Below are positions 39,638 through 48,000 of a stretch of DNA of 64,000 nucleotides, one piece after another. The DNA comes from an uncultured Pseudomonadales bacterium. GTDB lineage: Bacteria > Patescibacteriota > Microgenomatia > UBA1400 > CAYNMC01. Within the stretch, counting starts at the first letter, position 1. The number at the start of each line of letters is the position of its first letter. Location of the stretch: assembly GCA_964414895.1 (NCBI GenBank), contig CAYPXO010000002.1:35211-99210 (forward strand), in the 5' to 3' direction. Below the pieces are notes generated by a model. That model saw only the letters and a program-made list of their open reading frames with translations, had not been told where the DNA came from and did no database searches. Position numbers and translations under genes: made by a program.

Positions 39638-40511
39638 TGCCTAATAGTATACCAAAAATAAAAATCCTTAGGAGAGCTCCAATCTTCAATAAAAGTTCAA
39701 GAATAACTTTTTCCCAAGAAGGTTTGTGTTTTTCAAAAAACAGCTTTAATCCCTTATATTCTGCCAAGATCGCTTTTTGAGATAAACTTCTAGGGCTTGC
39801 CTCTTTATAATGGATAATTTCCGGCTCCGGCACATAAAAAACTCGAAAGTCCTTTTTCTTGGCCCGAAAACAAAAATCGACTTCTTCGGCATACATAAAA
39901 TAGTCTTCATCAAAGCCACCAATTTCCTCCACTAATTTTCTCTTGGTTAACAAGAAGGCTCCGGTCACCCAATCAACTTTTCTCTGCTTTCTGTAAAAAC
40001 TTCTCCTCTGTTGGTGATAAGGCTTTAAAAAGAGATTAAAAACAGGCAAGTCATCTAAAAAAAACATCATATAAAAAATCTGGCGCAGTTTTGGGAAAAA
40101 ACCGGCTGATGGTTGGAGTGTCCTGTCTTTGTTTAAAAGCTTGCAACCCAAAATATCAATCTTCTCATTTTTATCTATTATTTTTACTGCCCTTTCTATT
40201 GCTTTTTCCAAAACAACTGTATCCGAGTTTAAAAAAAGAACATATTCACCCTTTGCCTTTCCAATCGCCTGATTACATGCTTTAGCAAACCCCAAATTTT
40301 TTTTGTTTCGGATAAGCCTAATATTTAAGCTTGCATATTTCTTCTTGACACTTGACACTTGACACTTGACACTATAATCCGATCCATTATCAACAACGAT
40401 CACTTCATAATCGATCCCTTTTGTCTCTCGCCATATGGAACGAATACAGTCTTCTAGATATTCTTTAGTATTAAAACTAGGGATGATGATGGTAAGAGTT
40501 AGTTGAGAAAT
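39591..40511 (-). CDS. GT2 glycosyltransferase; conserved N-terminus begins at ATT 40511
   Basis: Frame extends upstream of the track start: ISQLTLTIIIPSFNTKEYLEDCIRSI..EVIVVDNGSD; FLNSD, YAEEVDFC. Confidence 0.88.
   Translation of the reverse strand: MSQLTLTIIIPSFNTKEYLEDCIRSIWRETKGIDYEVIVVDNGSDYSVKCQVSSVKKKYASLNIRLIRNKKNLGFAKACNQAIGKAKGEYVLFLNSDTVVLEKAIERAVKIIDKNEKIDILGCKLLNKDRTLQPSAGFFPKLRQIFYMMFFLDDLPVFNLFLKPYHQQRRSFYRKQRKVDWVTGAFLLTKRKLVEEIGGFDEDYFMYAEEVDFCFRAKKKDFRVFYVPEPEIIHYKEASPRSLSQKAILAEYKGLKLFFEKHKPSWEKVILELLLKIGALLRIFIFGILLGNEEKKKIYWQAFKVA
40344..40371. repeat. In-frame heptamer array (CTTGACA)x4
   Basis: Encodes SVKCQVSSVK. Confidence 0.92.
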
Positions 40512-40519
40512 TCTATTTT

Positions 40520-40593
40520 GTCATTCCTGCGAAAGCAGGAATCTATAAAAATAAATATTATCTGTATAGATTCCTGATCAAATCAGGAATGAC
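40520..40593. repeat. Family-A REPIN
   Basis: GTCATTCCTGCGAAAGCAGGAATCTATA...TATAGATTCCTGATCAAATCAGGAATGAC. Confidence 0.9.
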
Positions 40594-40601
40594 CACGAAG
40601 T

Positions 40602-41198
40602 TCACTGAAAAAGTCTTGCTCTGCCTAAACGATAATCAAGTTTCTTTACTTTTCTTTTACCAATCTCTTTGGCGGGAACGCCGCCAACCATTGTCAGCGG
40701 AGCAACATTTTCGGTGACAACGGCACCAGCGGCCACTACTGCTCCTTTACCAATCTTTACTCCCGGAAGAATAACTGCTCTCGCACCGACAAAAACATAA
40801 TCTTTTATCTCCACCGGCTCTTCTATGGGAGCAAAGTCTTCACTGCTAATATCATGCTCGCTGTTGTAAATTAAAACTTGAGAAGCAATCGCTACATGAC
40901 TGCCAATTTTTAAAGAGGCCCGGCCGTCCAAAAAACAATGATCTCCAATAATTGTTCCCTCGCCGATTTCGATATTTTTCGGCTGGAAAAATCTTGCCGC
41001 CATATGTATTGTTGAACCCTTGCCCATTTTGATCCCAAAGAAACTATAAACAACCCTTCGAAAAAGATGACTAGGAATATATCCCGTCCATCTTAGAACC
41101 AGCAAAACAAAATCAAGATAGTAGTTATAAAACCTATTTATGATTTTCGGCCAAGCTTGGCTTAATGTTAATTTATTTCCCATGCGATCGTAAAACAT
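40602..41198 (-). CDS. Hexapeptide-repeat (LbH) O-acyltransferase
   Basis: IGEGTIIG, ILPGVKIGKGAVVAAGAVVT, VGGVPA. Confidence 0.9.
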   Translation of the reverse strand: MFYDRMGNKLTLSQAWPKIINRFYNYYLDFVLLVLRWTGYIPSHLFRRVVYSFFGIKMGKGSTIHMAARFFQPKNIEIGEGTIIGDHCFLDGRASLKIGSHVAIASQVLIYNSEHDISSEDFAPIEEPVEIKDYVFVGARAVILPGVKIGKGAVVAAGAVVTENVAPLTMVGGVPAKEIGKRKVKKLDYRLGRARLFQ

Positions 41199-41241
41199 AA
41201 TTTATTTCTTGTACAATAAATTGCGCCACTACAAAAAGCCC

Positions 41242-42408
41242 TTAATTATCAGTAGTCTTCTGCAAAACCCTTATTGTCTTTTTGGCACATTTCTCCCAAG
41301 AGAATTTTTTTACTTGCTGCAAACCTTTTTTTATTAAATTATTCCTTTCCCTTTGCTTTGATTTTAACATCTTTGACAAACTTTTATAAATCGAATTATC
41401 AGAATAAGGGTTTTCAATATAAACCGCCGCCTCCCCTGCCACCTCAGGCAGGGAAGAAGTCTTGCTGGTTACAACCGGACAGCCGGCTGCCATTGCTTCA
41501 AGCACTGGTATGCCAAAGCCTTCATAGAGTGAAGGGTAAACAAAGCATAAGGCATTCTTTAATAAAGCTTGTTTTTCTTTTTCGCTGACAAAACCGGTAA
41601 AAATAACTTCTTTTTCTAAACCTAACTGTTTTACTTTATTAAATATCTCTTTGTAAAGCCAACCCTTCTTTCCAGCTATTACTAATTTAGTATTTAGGGA
41701 TAAGTATTTAGTATTTAGGGAAGCGAAAGCTTCTATAAGACGAGTGAGGTTTTTTCTGGGCTGGAGAGTGCCGAGGTAAAGAAGATAATTGCTAGCTGGT
41801 AGCTTTTTAAATTCATTCTTTATTCTTGATTCTTTATTCTTGATTCTTTTACTTAGTCCCGGATAAGTAACGGTAATTTTCTCCTCCGGATAATCATAAA
41901 AATGGATAATCTCCTTTTTAGTAAACTCTGAGATGGTAAAAATATGAGCCGCTTTTTTAATTGAATACCTTGTCCAGTTTTTTAGCTGCCAAAGATCGCT
42001 CTTTTTAAACTGCTCAGGAAAACGCCAGAAAGCTAAATCCATAATAGAAATCACCCTTGGGCAAGAAGAAAACCGAGGAGCATAATGACCCGGAGTAAAA
42101 AATAAATCCGGTTTAGGCCGCAAAAAGAATAATTCCAAAGGCAGCCGCCACTGCGTCCACCATAACCCCGGCCGCAAAACCTTATATCGCCACCAACCTG
42201 TCTCTTTAGGTAAATCATCTAAAAGTTTATCTTTCAAAAAAATTTTGAATTTTAAACTGCAATCCTGCCTGCCGGCAGGCAAGGTTTTAATTTTTAATTT
42301 TTCATTTTTAATTTGTCTATATATTTCCCACAACAACTCATAAGAATAAACATTACTACCTACTCTTTCTTTTATATTCGCTTCGTTACCGTCAATGGCA
42401 ATAAAAAT
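41242..42408 (-). CDS. GT4 glycosyltransferase; conserved N-terminus begins at ATT 42408
   Basis: Frame extends upstream: IFIAIDGNEANIKERVGSNVYSYEL; GTLQPRKN, EGFGIPVLEAM. Confidence 0.9.
   Translation of the reverse strand: MFIAIDGNEANIKERVGSNVYSYELLWEIYRQIKNEKLKIKTLPAGRQDCSLKFKIFLKDKLLDDLPKETGWWRYKVLRPGLWWTQWRLPLELFFLRPKPDLFFTPGHYAPRFSSCPRVISIMDLAFWRFPEQFKKSDLWQLKNWTRYSIKKAAHIFTISEFTKKEIIHFYDYPEEKITVTYPGLSKRIKNKESRIKNEFKKLPASNYLLYLGTLQPRKNLTRLIEAFASLNTKYLSLNTKLVIAGKKGWLYKEIFNKVKQLGLEKEVIFTGFVSEKEKQALLKNALCFVYPSLYEGFGIPVLEAMAAGCPVVTSKTSSLPEVAGEAAVYIENPYSDNSIYKSLSKMLKSKQRERNNLIKKGLQQVKKFSWEKCAKKTIRVLQKTTDN
41421..41688. repeat. 268-bp near-identical segment, copy 1 (copy 2 at 42685-42952)
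   Basis: About 5 mismatches by eye between the C-terminal domains of the two adjacent GT4 genes. Confidence 0.9.
41684..41718. repeat. In-frame interrupted heptamer array (TATTTAG-type)
   Basis: Encodes LNTKYLSLNTKL. Confidence 0.8.
41815..41849. repeat. In-frame heptamer array (ATTCTTT/ATTCTTG alternating) x5
   Basis: Encodes RIKNKESRIKN. Confidence 0.88.
42241..42313. repeat. In-frame degenerate heptamer array with nested 21-nt family-D palindrome (42264-42284)
   Basis: Encodes IKNEKLKIKT-LPAGRQ-DCSLKFKI. Confidence 0.85.
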
Positions 42409-42438
42409 AGTAGTTAGTAGTTAGTAGTTAGTAGTTAG
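42408..42438. repeat. Intergenic heptamer array (TAGTAGT)x4.4
   Basis: Perfect array abutting the proposed ATT start. Confidence 0.92.
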
Positions 42439-42447
42439 GGATCCTCT

Positions 42448-42477
42448 GTCATTCCTGGCTCCGACCAGGAATCTATA
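42448..42477. repeat. Family-A single REP (left arm only)
   Basis: GTCATTCCTGGCTCCGACCAGGAATCTATA, nearly identical to 23290-23318. Confidence 0.88.
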
Positions 42478-42514
42478 CAAATAAATCTTATTACTTACCC
42501 TCAACCACTGACTA

Positions 42515-43693
42515 TCAACTACCTACTTCCTCATAAACTTTTAGTGTTTCCCTTGCACATTTTTCCCAAGAGAATTTTTTTACTTGCTGCAAACCTTTTT
42601 TTCTTAGATTGCTTTGCAACCGTTTACTTCCCAAAACTTTTTTAATTGCTAAACCAATTTCATCGACCTTCTGCGGATTAACTAAAACCGCCGCCTCCCC
42701 TGCCACCTCAGGCAGAGAAGAAGTCTTGCTGGTTACAACCGGACAGCCGGCTGCCATTGCTTCAAGCACTGGTATGCCAAAGCCTTCATAGAGTGAAGGG
42801 TAAACAAAGCATAAGGCATTCTTTAATAAAGCTTGTTTTTCTTTTTCGCTGACAAAACCGGTAAAAATAACTTCTTTTTCCAAACCTAACTCTTTTACTT
42901 TATTAAATATCTCTTTGTAAAGCCAACCTTTCTTTCCAGCCATTACTAATTTTAGATCTTCAAGTTTTTTTGTTTTTGAGTTTGTGTTTTTGGTTTTTGG
43001 TTTTTGGTTTTTAACATTGGCAAATGCTTTGACTAGCCTAATGAGGTTCTTCCTAGGCTGGAGGGTGCCTAAATAGAGTAAGTAATTGTTGCTAATATTA
43101 TATTTTTTCTTAATAGCTTTAAGCTTTGCGCTGTGGCTTTGCGCTTTGAGCTTTGCGCTTTGAGTTTTTCCTAAATATACTATCCTGATTCTTTCTTCAC
43201 TGAAACCCAACAAACTAACCAAATCATCTTTAGTCGCCTTTGAGTCGGCTATTACTAAATCAGACTCCTCTTTTACCCAGTAAAGCCGCCTTTTCTGCGT
43301 TTTGATAATCTTTTTAGGAAAAGTTTCCGGAAAGTGCAAAAAAGACAAATCATGAACTGTAGTTACTTTTTTTGCCCTTGTTGGCGGTTGTATCCAATCC
43401 GAGGAATGAAAAATGTCAACTCTTCCAATCAACCTCTCAACTTCTAAAAGATGTAGCTTATTCCATAGAAATTCTAGAGGCGTCGGAGGAATAGGAAAAA
43501 TTTTAAATTTTGCATTGCAGTTTTTAATTTTACATTTTAAATTTTGAATTTTCTCTCTTTGCCTTAAAGAATAACCCAAAAAAATATACTCGTTCTTTTT
43601 ATCAATTCTTAAAAGATTATCTACCAGCTTTTCAGTATAACGGCTAACGCCTGTCTGGTAAACTATTTGACTAATATCAATCCCTATTTTCAT
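42515..43693 (-). CDS. GT4 glycosyltransferase
   Basis: MKIGID, TGVSRY, TVHDL, GTLQPRKN, EGFGIPVLEAM. Confidence 0.93.
   Translation of the reverse strand: MKIGIDISQIVYQTGVSRYTEKLVDNLLRIDKKNEYIFLGYSLRQREKIQNLKCKIKNCNAKFKIFPIPPTPLEFLWNKLHLLEVERLIGRVDIFHSSDWIQPPTRAKKVTTVHDLSFLHFPETFPKKIIKTQKRRLYWVKEESDLVIADSKATKDDLVSLLGFSEERIRIVYLGKTQSAKLKAQSHSAKLKAIKKKYNISNNYLLYLGTLQPRKNLIRLVKAFANVKNQKPKTKNTNSKTKKLEDLKLVMAGKKGWLYKEIFNKVKELGLEKEVIFTGFVSEKEKQALLKNALCFVYPSLYEGFGIPVLEAMAAGCPVVTSKTSSLPEVAGEAAVLVNPQKVDEIGLAIKKVLGSKRLQSNLRKKGLQQVKKFSWEKCARETLKVYEEVGS
42685..42952. repeat. 268-bp near-identical segment, copy 2
   Basis: Matches 41421-41688. Confidence 0.9.
42964..43012. repeat. In-frame heptamer array (GTTTTTG-type)
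   Basis: Encodes KNQKPKTKNTNSKTKK. Confidence 0.82.
43115..43164. repeat. In-frame heptamer array (GCTTTGA/GCTTTGC-type)
   Basis: Encodes QSAKLKAQSHSAKLKA. Confidence 0.85.
43499..43552. repeat. In-frame degenerate heptamer array (ATTTTRA-type)
   Basis: Encodes KIQNLKCKIKNCNAKFKI. Confidence 0.75.
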
Positions 43694-43730
43694 CTTTCTC
43701 GCCTTCTAAAACCTAATATATTTTTTAAAA

Positions 43731-43772
43731 AGAGCAAAGCTGTCTATTTTTAAATACATCATGGAGTGAGCT
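43731..43772. repeat. Family-F dispersed repeat, copy 1 (copy 2 at 50648-50690)
   Basis: AGAGCAAAGCTGTCTATTTTTAAATACATCATGGAGTGAGCT versus AGAGCGAAGCTATCTATATTTAAAATACATCATGAAGTGAGCT. Confidence 0.75.
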
Positions 43773-43775
43773 CTT

Positions 43776-44540
43776 TTATTTAATTCTCCCTTCTATTTTA
43801 ACAAAAAATATCTGCCGATAATAAGGCGGCTTATCCCAAAGCTTAAAAAAAGGAATCAAAAACAAAAAAATCTTTCTAAATAAAAAATCAACAAAAATAT
43901 TTTTTGTCATCCAACCCTTCATTAAAAAATTTCTCAAGCCTAAATTTTCATTACCCTGAATTTTAATTCCGACTTTCTTTTTTTCTCTTTTTGCTGCTAA
44001 TTTAATTAATTGAACTATTTCTTCTTTCTTTGGCAAACCATATTCCAAATGCTCTTTAAAAAAAGAAAAAGGCTGCTTAAAAACCTGTTGGTATCTTTTA
44101 TCTAATTTTTTATCTTGAATAAAACTTTTCTTTCCACAAGGAACAGCTATAAAAACCTCTCTTTTTGCCACCCGTAGAACTTCTCTTATCGCTTTTTCCC
44201 TTTTTGTCTTCTGCAAGTGTTCCAGAACATCAACACAAACAACAAAATCAAAACTATCTCTTTTAAAGGGTAGCTTTAAAACGCTTCCCTTTATCTGCTT
44301 TAACAAACCAAACTTCCTTCCTTCAAAATCCTCATCCAAACCAACAACCTCTTTTCCTAAATAAGGAGCAATCCCCAGCCACCCCGACCCCACTTCAAGA
44401 ATAGAAATTTCTTTGACACTTGACACTTGACACTTGACACTTCTTGCTATCGGCCAGTATCTAATCGCTACTTCTGGATGCCAACGAAAAAAATTGAAAA
44501 TTGAAAATTGAAAATTGAAAATTTTATTTACGATACTCAT
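43776..44540 (-). CDS. Class I SAM-dependent methyltransferase
   Basis: ILEVGSG, LPFKRDSFDFVVCVDVLEH, LRVAK. Confidence 0.88.
   Translation of the reverse strand: MSIVNKIFNFQFSIFNFFRWHPEVAIRYWPIARSVKCQVSSVKEISILEVGSGWLGIAPYLGKEVVGLDEDFEGRKFGLLKQIKGSVLKLPFKRDSFDFVVCVDVLEHLQKTKREKAIREVLRVAKREVFIAVPCGKKSFIQDKKLDKRYQQVFKQPFSFFKEHLEYGLPKKEEIVQLIKLAAKREKKKVGIKIQGNENLGLRNFLMKGWMTKNIFVDFLFRKIFLFLIPFFKLWDKPPYYRQIFFVKIEGRIK
44413..44440. repeat. In-frame heptamer array (TTGACAC)x4
   Basis: Encodes SVKCQVSSVK, same unit as 40344-40371. Confidence 0.92.
44491..44523. repeat. In-frame heptamer array (AAATTGA)x4.7
   Basis: Encodes IFNFQFSIFNF. Confidence 0.92.
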
Positions 44541-45933
44541 AAACAAAACCGACTCCGGGAAAATCGACTGTTTGATTCAAGGAAAAACCACTATCACCCA
44601 ACCAGCCTGTTGCCTTTTGGTCTGGATCAGTCATTCCCGAAAGATACTGAAAGAGAAAAACCTGCTTCTTACTTGGAACTATTTCCTTTAAAAACAAAGA
44701 AATCTTCTCTCCTTTCTCAAAAATTCCCCTCGCTTCAAGGTTTCTTCTTTGATAATAACTCCAAGGCCCAAATGGAGAAGAAAACTCAAAAAGAACTAAA
44801 CTCTTGTCGCCACTTGCCTTATCTTCCACCCAAGAGACTGCCTGACGCCATTGTTCTCTTTGAAACTGAGAGTCAAAATAATATCTCCCCAAACTAAAAA
44901 AATTAATCGTCAAAACCAAACCTACTGCCAACTTCTGCCATTTTTTTTCTAAAGTAAAAACACCCATTGATAACAACAAATAAAAGAAAGGCAAAGTTAA
45001 AAGCAACCTTTTTGGGGCAATAACCGGCACAAAAAAAGATAACAAAAAAGCCCCAAAAACCGGCACTAAAAAAAAGCTTAAAACAATAAAAGCCTTTCTT
45101 CTCTCTTTTCTCCAGCTTCTTATAACAAGAAAAGAGAAGAAAAGAAATAATAAAAAGGCTAAAAAACCATAAAAAAATTTATTTTCAAAACTGGTATTTC
45201 CTATCCAAAATTTAGTTAATACTAAAGGTACTGCTTTTAATAAAGGAGTTGCCACACTAACTTTCCAGAGAGGAAAAATGGCTGCCCAACCTCGACCAAT
45301 CGCTAATTGTTTAAAAAACATCGGCAGCCAAGGCAAAAAAACAAAAAAGCTCAAAGCCAAATTCACCAGCCAATTTGATAATTTATCTTTGTAGAAAAGT
45401 AAAATAATTAAAAATTGAGTAATAAAAATGAAAGGAAAAAAATATAGACTATATAGTCCAGCGATATTGACTAATACAAAAGGGGCAAAAATTCTATAAA
45501 TATGAAAGGAACTGTCCCTAATAAAAAACTTCAAAAAGAAATAAAAAGAGGCAGTTGCTAAAAAACAAGATAACATATAGGGTCTGAATTCTTGGGAATA
45601 GTAAATATGAAAAGGAGAAGTTGCTAAAAAAAGACTAGAGAGCAAAGCGATTTTCTTATTAGTCAATTTCTTAGCAAACAAAAAAACAAACCAAATCGAT
45701 CCCAATCCTAAAAAGACCGGTAATAATCTTGACCACCATTCAGTTTGTGATATCTTTAACCAAAGCCAAGCTAAATAATGGAAAAGCGGCGGGTGAAAGT
45801 CGGCTGGGATTCGCCAAACCTGCCAAAAAGAAACCTTTGATTCCAAAACTTGAATTGCCTCATCAAGCCAAAAGGACTGGTTAATAGCAATTAGGCGCAA
45901 AAATAAAGCCAGAAACAGGATCAAATAAAACAC
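44524..45933 (-). CDS. GT-C (GT39/PMT-like) membrane glycosyltransferase
   Basis: QSFWLDE, DFHPPLF, YYSQEFRPY; start taken at GTG 45933 (the track's N-terminus is element-derived). Confidence 0.85.
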   Translation of the reverse strand: MFYLILFLALFLRLIAINQSFWLDEAIQVLESKVSFWQVWRIPADFHPPLFHYLAWLWLKISQTEWWSRLLPVFLGLGSIWFVFLFAKKLTNKKIALLSSLFLATSPFHIYYSQEFRPYMLSCFLATASFYFFLKFFIRDSSFHIYRIFAPFVLVNIAGLYSLYFFPFIFITQFLIILLFYKDKLSNWLVNLALSFFVFLPWLPMFFKQLAIGRGWAAIFPLWKVSVATPLLKAVPLVLTKFWIGNTSFENKFFYGFLAFLLFLFFSFLVIRSWRKERRKAFIVLSFFLVPVFGAFLLSFFVPVIAPKRLLLTLPFFYLLLSMGVFTLEKKWQKLAVGLVLTINFFSLGRYYFDSQFQREQWRQAVSWVEDKASGDKSLVLFEFSSPFGPWSYYQRRNLEARGIFEKGEKISLFLKEIVPSKKQVFLFQYLSGMTDPDQKATGWLGDSGFSLNQTVDFPGVGFVYEYRK

Positions 45934-45950
45934 TTCTACTTTTTTTATTG

Positions 45951-46058
45951 TTCGAGCAAATCTCGATCCGGCTGCGCCGGAGAGAGAGCAGTCAAGAACT
46001 ACTGCCAACAAAACTTCTCGACTTCGCCCCGCACCGAATGGTGCAGGCTTCGCTCGAA
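45951..46058. repeat. Family-B element with nested family-C hairpin (46026-46048)
   Basis: TTCGAGC...GTCAAGAA...TTCTCGA CTTCGC[CCCGCACCGAATGGTGCAGG]CTTCGC TCGAA. Confidence 0.85.
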
Positions 46059-46084
46059 GAATAAGTTTATCAGCTCAATCCTCT

Positions 46085-46921
46085 CTAATAATAGCCTTTA
46101 AACAATATCTTCTCCAATAAACCAACAAATGAACCAAAATCAAAAACAATTTTAAAAATTAAAAACTCCGCTTTATTAAACCAAACTGCTTTAAAAAAAC
46201 TAATTATTAAAGAAATCGGTAAAAAAGATTTAAGCAGATGAAAAAAATCGCCTAACACTCCCCCTTTATATTTTCTTTTTGCCCGCCATTTGGCTTGAAA
46301 GAAAACCTCTCTTAAATTCTCCGGATTATAATGATAATAGAAAGCTCCTTTGGCCAAACTAGCTTTGTAACCTAGTTTTTCACTCAAACTCCAGTCATCG
46401 GTGTAGCCAGTTTTTTCAAAGCCGCCTGCTTTGAGAAACTCAGATTTTAAAATCGCCCGAAAAACTGGCGAACGGTTGGGATAATTTCTAGGGATTTTTC
46501 TTTTATTCTTAAGCCCAAAATTATAGTTCCAGCATTTTGCCCAAAGATTGCTCCAGTTGGCCACATATTCATCTTTAGAAAAAGTCCCTTTAACCCTTCC
46601 TTGTTTAATTGGTTGAATTAGATTTTTAATAAAATTTTTATCAAAAACCATATCACTATCAACAAAAACTAAAATCTCTCCTTTTGCCTGTTTGGCTCCC
46701 AAATTCCTCGCCGCCCCCGCACCCTTATGTTTCTGTCTAAAAATTGAAAATTGAAAATTGAAAATTGAAAATTCTGACAAAATATCTGATATTTTGTCAG
46801 TGCTCCCATCATCAATTACAACAATTTCCAAGTCTTTAAAAGTCTGTTTTTTTAAACTTTCAAGGCACTCTGGCAAATATCTATATTTATTATAAACAGG
46901 AATAATTACGGAAACTTTCAC
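46085..46921 (-). CDS. GT2 glycosyltransferase
   Basis: VSVIIPVYN, IDDGSTD, ARNLG, FVDSD. Confidence 0.92.
   Translation of the reverse strand: MKVSVIIPVYNKYRYLPECLESLKKQTFKDLEIVVIDDGSTDKISDILSEFSIFNFQFSIFRQKHKGAGAARNLGAKQAKGEILVFVDSDMVFDKNFIKNLIQPIKQGRVKGTFSKDEYVANWSNLWAKCWNYNFGLKNKRKIPRNYPNRSPVFRAILKSEFLKAGGFEKTGYTDDWSLSEKLGYKASLAKGAFYYHYNPENLREVFFQAKWRAKRKYKGGVLGDFFHLLKSFLPISLIISFFKAVWFNKAEFLIFKIVFDFGSFVGLLEKILFKGYY
46741..46800. repeat. In-frame heptamer array (AAATTGA)x4.7 abutting a perfect 13-bp inverted repeat
   Basis: Array 46741-46773; CTGACAAAATATC-T-GATATTTTGTCAG 46774-46800. Confidence 0.9.
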
Positions 46922-48000
46922 TAGACTAAGCTTAAAAAAACCTCCTCATATTTTTTAGCAATCTTATCCCAAGAAAATTTCTCTGCTTGTTTTCTTGGTT
47001 TGTTTTGCCAATTCATCTTTAGAGCCTTTTCTAAAACAGAAGCGTATTTTTGACTCTCTTCCGGATTTTTAATAAACAAGCCGGCTCTGCCAATAATTTC
47101 CCGACGCAGGCTATCATCAGTTGCTACTACCGGCAGTCCAGAAGCCATCGCCTCCAAATAAACAATTCCAAAAGCTTCAGAACTCTCAGAAACTAAAGTA
47201 AACAAATCGCCAGCACGATAATAAGAGGGAATCTCTTTGTGTCTTACTGTCAAGCGCAAAAAGCGATTTTTTCCTAAAAGTTTTCTCCCCAGATTGTCAA
47301 TAAATTCTTCCTGCTTTTTATCACCACTGCCTATCAACAAAAGACTCCCTTTAGACAAACAAGCAACTGCTCTGATAACTGTATCTATTCTTTTATATTC
47401 TTGAAAGGCAGAAACAGTCAAAATCAGCGGTTTTTGCAAGCCTAAAGAAACCCTTTTGCCTTTTTTCCTAAATCTTTTTAAATCAACACCGTCGGGAATT
47501 CTCTTTATTTTTACCCAAGGACAAACTTTTTTTGCCCACAAAAAGCCTCTTTGAGACAAAGCAACAAAAACATCAGGGCGACAGTATAAATTAAAGCGGT
47601 CGTCCCAGCCAATTCCCGAGTGTCCGCCGACTACTATTTTCTTTCTCCAAACAAGACAAAAAAACTTAGTCAACAAAGTCTGCCAGCCTCCATTTAAAGG
47701 CAAAACCAAATCAAACCCGTCTTTCTTTACTTTTCCTAAAGCTTTTAGGCTAAATTGAAAAATAAGGCGAGAGTAGTAATCTAAAAAAAGCTTTCTTTGC
47801 CAACTTTTTGTAAAGTCTTTTGGCCAATCATTTTTTACCTTTATCCTTTTTATTTGATAATTTTTCTTTTCTTTAATCGGCCCTGTTTGAAAAATTACTA
47901 TTTCGTGTTTTTTTGCCAATCTTCTAGCTAAATTATCTACCCAGACCTCCACTCCTCTATTAACAAAACCGGAATAAAAAGACAAAACAGCAATTCTCAT
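46921..48000 (-). CDS. GT4 glycosyltransferase
   Basis: RGVE, IPDGVD, YKRID, EAFGIVYLEAMASG. Confidence 0.9.
   Translation of the reverse strand: MRIAVLSFYSGFVNRGVEVWVDNLARRLAKKHEIVIFQTGPIKEKKNYQIKRIKVKNDWPKDFTKSWQRKLFLDYYSRLIFQFSLKALGKVKKDGFDLVLPLNGGWQTLLTKFFCLVWRKKIVVGGHSGIGWDDRFNLYCRPDVFVALSQRGFLWAKKVCPWVKIKRIPDGVDLKRFRKKGKRVSLGLQKPLILTVSAFQEYKRIDTVIRAVACLSKGSLLLIGSGDKKQEEFIDNLGRKLLGKNRFLRLTVRHKEIPSYYRAGDLFTLVSESSEAFGIVYLEAMASGLPVVATDDSLRREIIGRAGLFIKNPEESQKYASVLEKALKMNWQNKPRKQAEKFSWDKIAKKYEEVFLSLV

Noticed and set aside
41421-42952. 268-bp repeat pair as DGR template/variable repeat
   Set aside because: Differences are few and not adenine-specific, both copies are coding, and no reverse transcriptase is present.
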